Origin: a bacterium
Lineage (GTDB): Bacteria; Planctomycetota; UBA8108; UBA1146
Assembly (NCBI GenBank): GCA_029976805.1
Contig: JAPOLY010000005.1
Coordinates: forward strand, 1,353 to 65,352
Length of the DNA stretch: 64,000 nt
Direction of reading: 5' to 3'
A program made the translations under genes and the position numbers. The notes under the pieces were generated by a model. The model did not search any database. It worked only from the letters and a program-made list of their open reading frames with translations, and was not told where the DNA came from. Shown here in pieces: positions 59,657 through 64,000 of this stretch (position 1 is its first letter; every line of letters begins with the position of its first letter).

Positions 59657-59772
59657 TAACTCCAGCCTTTGGCAAAGCCAGGGGCTGCAGTCGGTATTTA
59701 CCGGCGGCTCACAAATGGGTAAGTTGATGGCCAGTGGAAGACTAATCCCGTTCAAACGGACAGGAGGTGTTT

Positions 59773-60033
59773 ATGATCTTCGGTTTCTTTGGAAAAAAGA
59801 AGCGAGAAGAAGAGCGACGCAAGAATGAACAGCTGCGCCGTGAGTTCAAGATCGAAAAAGAAGCTCTGGAAACCGAGCTGGAGTTGCTCGAAAAGAAACT
59901 CAACGTCGAATTGGAATCGCAAGAGGGTGACCGTACCACCACGCTCAGTCGATACCCCAGACGTATCGTAGAGTTGCGAATTCGCATCGATGCCATCAAT
60001 CGCAAGATTGAGAAAATCGTCGATCCCGACTGA
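59773..60033 (+). CDS. small highly charged coiled-coil protein
   Basis: AGGAGG RBS 5 nt upstream of the ATG. 86 aa, KKKREEERRKNEQLRREFKIEKEALETELELLEKKLN... No family recognised. Confidence 0.35.
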   Translation: MIFGFFGKKKREEERRKNEQLRREFKIEKEALETELELLEKKLNVELESQEGDRTTTLSRYPRRIVELRIRIDAINRKIEKIVDPD

Positions 60034-60036
60034 GAA

Positions 60037-60324
60037 CTATTCCGCCTTTTGATCCGATTCAGATTCATCTTTCCCGCGGTAGGCATTGCGCCTGCGGGCG
60101 TACTCTCCAGCAGTCATGCCAAAGGTACTTTCCACATCTCCCTTTTCTCCGATGACATTTTCGTGGATTCGCTCCAGAAAAGGAACGCACCAGCCACAAC
60201 CGGTTCCCGCACCGAAACACTCTGAAAGCTGGGAAGGTTTCACCGGGCGCGTCTGGCGGGTGAAATTGACCAACTTCCTCATCGATACGTGGAAGCAATA
60301 GCAAACTTTGTCATCGAGTTTCAC
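60037..60324 (-). CDS. BFD-like [2Fe-2S]-binding domain protein
   Basis: Cys pattern CYC...C-x2-GxGCGWC (VCYCFHV...CFGAGTGCGWC) characteristic of bacterioferritin-associated-ferredoxin-like domains. Confidence 0.55.
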   Translation of the reverse strand: MKLDDKVCYCFHVSMRKLVNFTRQTRPVKPSQLSECFGAGTGCGWCVPFLERIHENVIGEKGDVESTFGMTAGEYARRRNAYRGKDESESDQKAE

Positions 60325-60493
60325 GGGTCACCCCTCCACTGGCTTCATGACTCCAGAATCGCAAATCCCCTGAACTGAGCAGATTTGGACTGAATGATGG
60401 CCGGGCAGCAGCGGTTTTCTGAAACCCGAACCGAATCACCGGTATCATGACGGAAGGAAATCGGTGTTGAAACCACCCTGAGAAGGAAGAGCG

Positions 60494-61543
60494 ATGAATC
60501 CACCCAACATCAAAGTTGATCTCCGCTCCGATACGGTCACCCATCCGACAGAGGAGATGCTCGAGGCGATGAGAACCGCCCCCCTCGGAGACGATGTCAT
60601 GGGTGAAGACCCGACCATCAATCTTCTGGAAGAGGAAAGTGCTCAACTGCTCGGCAAGGAAGCAGCCATCTTCGTCCCCTCCGGAACCATGGCCAACAGC
60701 ATCGCCATTGGAGCCCAGACCCGACCCGGTGATGAAATCCTGCTCATGGAAGACAGTCATATCTTTCTTTATGAAGCGGGAGGATCCTCCCGCCTGTGGG
60801 GTGTTCATCCACGTCCCATCTCTTCAACCGATGGCTGTCTCACTGCTGAGGACATCGACTCCCGGATTCGCCCCGATGATCCCCACCAACCGATCACTTC
60901 AATGGTCTGCCTTGAAAATACGCACAACATGGCAGGTGGAATTGTCGTCTCCCCGGAACAGATGGCACCCGTGATTGCGACGGCCAAAAAGCACTCATTG
61001 CGATTGCATCTGGATGGTGCCCGTCTTTTTCATGCTCAGGCAGCCCTCGGTATCCCCGCTTCCGACTTGGTGAAAGACTTCGATTCCATTTCCTTCTGTC
61101 TGTCAAAAGGTCTTTCATGCCCCGTCGGTTCCATCCTGTGTGGTGACCAGAAGACGATTGCGGAAGCTCACCGACTGCGCAAACTGCTCGGAGGTGGAAT
61201 GCGTCAGGCTGGAGTGTTGGCGGCAGCAGGCCGGGTGGCTCTGGCAGAGAGTGTTCCACGCCTCAAGGATGATCATCGAAGATGTCAGATTCTTGCAGAG
61301 GGTCTCGCAAACTTGCCGGGAATCGAGGTCTCCCCGAACCCCACCCATTCGAATATCGTTTTCATTCGCAAGGCGGGTTCGACTGCAGAGGACTACGACC
61401 GACACCAGACCTCCCTCGAGGAACGGGGCGTCCAGGTCTTCAGTATCGGCCCTCGGGGCTTACGGGCGGTGGTTCACCGTCAAATCGACGATGTGGCGAT
61501 AGAACGTGCCCTGGAGGCTTTTTCAGCCGAATTTCAGTCCTGA
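60494..61543 (+). CDS. ltaE: low-specificity L-threonine aldolase
   Basis: DLRSDTVT N-terminus, PLP-lysine region, and overall Beta_elim_lyase/threonine aldolase similarity. Confidence 0.8.
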   Translation: MNPPNIKVDLRSDTVTHPTEEMLEAMRTAPLGDDVMGEDPTINLLEEESAQLLGKEAAIFVPSGTMANSIAIGAQTRPGDEILLMEDSHIFLYEAGGSSRLWGVHPRPISSTDGCLTAEDIDSRIRPDDPHQPITSMVCLENTHNMAGGIVVSPEQMAPVIATAKKHSLRLHLDGARLFHAQAALGIPASDLVKDFDSISFCLSKGLSCPVGSILCGDQKTIAEAHRLRKLLGGGMRQAGVLAAAGRVALAESVPRLKDDHRRCQILAEGLANLPGIEVSPNPTHSNIVFIRKAGSTAEDYDRHQTSLEERGVQVFSIGPRGLRAVVHRQIDDVAIERALEAFSAEFQS

Positions 61544-61786
61544 TTCCTTTCCGAACCCTCACTCCTTCCGGGTACTGAAGGGGTGGAGATGGAGAGTCTC
61601 CAGTCCCCTGAGGCCTCGGCCGAGGGGGTTGAGGTGGTGCCGACCCGGAACCGGCGAATTCCGGGAGCATGGTATACTCCTTCAGCGATTCTTTTGGCCC
61701 TTTGGGCCTCTTTGGTTCGTTTCGCCCGCCGGTCGATTTACAGCACTGGTCGATTCACCTTGCTGGTCGATTCAAAAGGAGTGGAC

Positions 61787-62407
61787 ATGTGCCCTGCTGC
61801 TGAAAAGCCTGACTCTGAAGCCGGAGCCGAGGAGAACGATGACATCCGTCTCGTTCGCCTGGCGATGGCCGGAGACACACAGGCCTTTACCCAGCTGGCA
61901 GAGAACATCGCACCACTGCTCCTCGGAATGGCCCGCAGAAAGGTCGGACGGGAAGACGCAGAGGATCTTGCACAGGAGGCGATGCTTCACCTGTGGAAAT
62001 CACTGCCGAACCTTCGTGAGCCCCAGGCATTCTATGGCTGGCTTTCCAGACTGCTGCGCAATCGTGCGCACCGTTGGATTGAGCGCCGGCAACGGAAAAC
62101 CGTGGTCCTCGAGGAGGCCCGTCACGAACTGTTGCTCAGGGCCCAAACCCGTACCGACCAACAGGATTTCACCGACGCCGGTGAATCCGAATCGCGGGAA
62201 TGGCTCGACCAGCTTCCGGATGAGATGCGCCTCGCACTCACCTGGAAGTACGTGGATGGTCTCGATTACGACACCATCGGCGAAAGACTCTCCCTCTCCT
62301 TTCATCAGGTCGATTACCTGATGCGCCGGGCCCGAAAAGCCCTGAAGTCGCTTCTCGACCAACGGGAAACCGCCCGTCGGGATCTTTCGAATGGAGGCCG
62401 AGGATGA
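61787..62407 (+). CDS. ECF-type RNA polymerase sigma factor
   Basis: Region 2 (LAQEAMLHLWKSLPNLREPQAFYGWLSRLLRNRA) and region 4 (LALTWKYVDGLDYDTIGERLSLSFHQVDYLMRRARKAL). AAGGAG RBS. The start is at MCPAAEKP. The track ORF begins earlier at 61583. Confidence 0.8.
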   Translation: MCPAAEKPDSEAGAEENDDIRLVRLAMAGDTQAFTQLAENIAPLLLGMARRKVGREDAEDLAQEAMLHLWKSLPNLREPQAFYGWLSRLLRNRAHRWIERRQRKTVVLEEARHELLLRAQTRTDQQDFTDAGESESREWLDQLPDEMRLALTWKYVDGLDYDTIGERLSLSFHQVDYLMRRARKALKSLLDQRETARRDLSNGGRG

Positions 62408-63093
62408 GTGCCGATTCTCTCTTTTCACTGCAAAGCTGCCCCACCATCGTCGAGGCATTGCCCCGATTTATCGATGGCGAATCTGGACCGACCGAAGAGA
62501 TTCGGGTGGCCCAGCATCTCGAGCGTTGCAGTCGTTGTCGCAAACAGCATGACCATATGGTGCAAGAGTGGAAAGACACCCTCGCTGTCATCCATGGTGA
62601 CCCGAGCACTGAAACCCGAACCTGGGTCAAAGACATCACCTCTGCTCTACCTCAGCAGGAGGAACCGGTCACGACCGATGAAAGTCCGGTCACCCTTTCT
62701 GCTCCTGCGACGGTGCCCGGCCCGGGCTCTGGTCGCTGGGCCAGCGTGGCCGCCTCCCTGTTACTCGCCCTCTTCCTCTTCCCCGGAACTGAAAAGACCC
62801 CCTCTCCCAGCGGAACTGAATCTGCTCCCGTTGCCCTGACCCTCATCCGCGGAGACGTCGATGCCAGTGGCAAACTGGATTGGCGAGACGTTCAGGGGCT
62901 GATCGATTTCCTGCAGGAAGATGGACCGGAACCGCGCTGCATTGCTGCCGGTGACTTTGACGAGGATGGAGAGATCACCATCGATGATTCGGTTTTGGCT
63001 CTTTCACACCTCACCGAAGGGGCCGGACTCGATTCCACCATTCTTTACTCCCAAACAGTGGATTCCCTGCCCTGCTTTGAACACTGCCCCTGA
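62404..63093 (+). CDS. zinc-finger anti-sigma factor whose periplasmic domain is the RGD-dockerin-like/Cys-tail module
   Basis: ATGA overlap with the sigma gene. zf-HC2 motif (HLERCSRCRKQHDHM). Single TM (WASVAASLLLALFLFPG). Extracytoplasmic LIRGDVDASGKLDWRDVQGLIDFL...DFDEDGEITIDDSVLALSHL...DSLPCFEHCP. Confidence 0.7.
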   Translation: MSADSLFSLQSCPTIVEALPRFIDGESGPTEEIRVAQHLERCSRCRKQHDHMVQEWKDTLAVIHGDPSTETRTWVKDITSALPQQEEPVTTDESPVTLSAPATVPGPGSGRWASVAASLLLALFLFPGTEKTPSPSGTESAPVALTLIRGDVDASGKLDWRDVQGLIDFLQEDGPEPRCIAAGDFDEDGEITIDDSVLALSHLTEGAGLDSTILYSQTVDSLPCFEHCP

Positions 63094-63112
63094 GACCCGG
63101 AGATCCCCGACC

Positions 63113-64000
63113 ATGCTTCCGAAGAGCCTGCTTCTGCTGACGATCGCCTTGCCACTGTGGATCTTCCACAGCCCGGTGGATGAATCTGTTGCAGCAAGCT
63201 CCAGATCCCCGGTCCATGTCGACGAGGAAAAACCCTTTGTTCTTCTCGCCACAGTCCACAACTTCGGCTACGTCGAACCCTGTGGCTGACCCAAGAGAAA
63301 GATCAAGCTCGGCAGTCTGTCGCGGCGACTCACTTACCTGAACTCACTGAAAGCCCAGGGCATCGAACCGTGCATCGTTGACGGTGGAGACTGGCTCTTT
63401 CACCTCAACAAGTTGCGCTCCAATCCACTGGTCATGAAACAAATGGACGAAAAAGCCAAATTGCTCATCGATGCCTACAACCGCTTTGGAACCGCAGCGG
63501 TCTGCCTGGGTGAGCACGATATGGCTTTGGGTCTCGATCGCCTTCTCGAGTTGGCGAAGGAACTCAAATTTCCACTCCTCTGTGCCAACATGACCCTCAA
63601 GGATGGAACACGCCCCTTTGGGGGAAGCACCATTGTCGATAGTCAGGGTCGTAAAGTTCTTCTGGTTGGTGCCATCCAGATCCCCAACGAGCGTTTTATC
63701 GGCAAACATTGTCCAGACGCACAATTTACCGATCCCTACGAAGCGATCAAAAAAGAGATCGACCAATCCAGAGGAAAGTTTGATCTGTGTGTCGTCCTCG
63801 GTCATATCGATCGTCGGGATGTGGATCGACTCGCAGCGGAGGTTCCGGGAATTGACGTCATCGTCGAACCCCACTCCCATGACCGGACAGAAATCACCTG
63901 GATCACCGAGGACATCAAAACCGGTCTTCATGAGGGAACGGTTCTCCTCAAGCCCAGTGGTCAGGGTTCCGAATTTGCCAGAGCTGATCTCTGGTTCCGA
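63113..64000 (+). pseudogene. 5'-nucleotidase/metallophosphoesterase (UshA/CapA-like) gene interrupted by an in-frame TGA at 63287; continues off the window
   Basis: A signal peptide ORF (MLPKSLLLLTIALPLWIFHSP...VEPCG*) is followed in the same frame by IVDGGDWLF, LGEHDMALG, PLLCANMTLKDG, GRKVLLVGAI, which are metallophosphoesterase/5'-NT N-domain motifs. No start codon follows the stop for ~140 nt. Confidence 0.5.

Noticed and set aside
63344-63931. 195 aa minus-strand ORF at the window end
   Set aside because: The opposite strand in this interval encodes recognisable metallophosphoesterase/5'-nucleotidase motifs in a frame continuous with an upstream signal peptide. The minus ORF is therefore the shadow.

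Overview
The window is a 64 kb chromosomal segment with roughly 57 % GC. It is densely coding, and six typical rho-independent terminators are resolved. Long signal peptides, giant repeat-rich secreted proteins, DUF1015 and squalene-cyclase-fold proteins, a futalosine (MqnA/D) enzyme, RF2 without the programmed frameshift, and abundant dockerin-like modules together suggest a Planctomycetota/PVC-type genome. That lineage call is inference. The housekeeping content is an EF-G paralog, ispG, gluQ, prfB, glyA, trpS, lysA, ltaE, two tandem cyclophilins, pepF, an LPS-core-like cluster (Kdo-kinase family, GT2, GT4), tRNA-fMet and tRNA-Pro(GGG). The accessory content is more interesting. (1) Six proteins in the window end in the same ~85 aa module: an RGD-initiated double dockerin/EF-hand repeat followed by a Pro/Cys-rich tail ending near ...CGxDPTxDxLxC. 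The six include a 2199 aa FG-GAP + 19x Ig-like repeat giant and the periplasmic domain of an ECF anti-sigma factor. This looks like a shared surface docking/sorting signal coupled to transcriptional signalling. (2) A MamK-family actin homolog sits next to a coiled-coil protein. (3) There is a secretin / CHAT-TPR peptidase / HEAT-lipoprotein operon. (4) There is a MrfA/MrfB-like helicase-exonuclease pair. (5) A compositionally atypical Cys-rich tetraspan membrane protein and a sigma-region-4-only zinc-finger protein are embedded in the giant-adhesin locus. (6) A 5'-nucleotidase-like gene at the window edge is interrupted by an in-frame TGA. (7) An 18 bp x4 tandem repeat lies between glyA and trpS. 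Many long antisense 'shadow' ORFs in the track are high-GC artefacts and were rejected.
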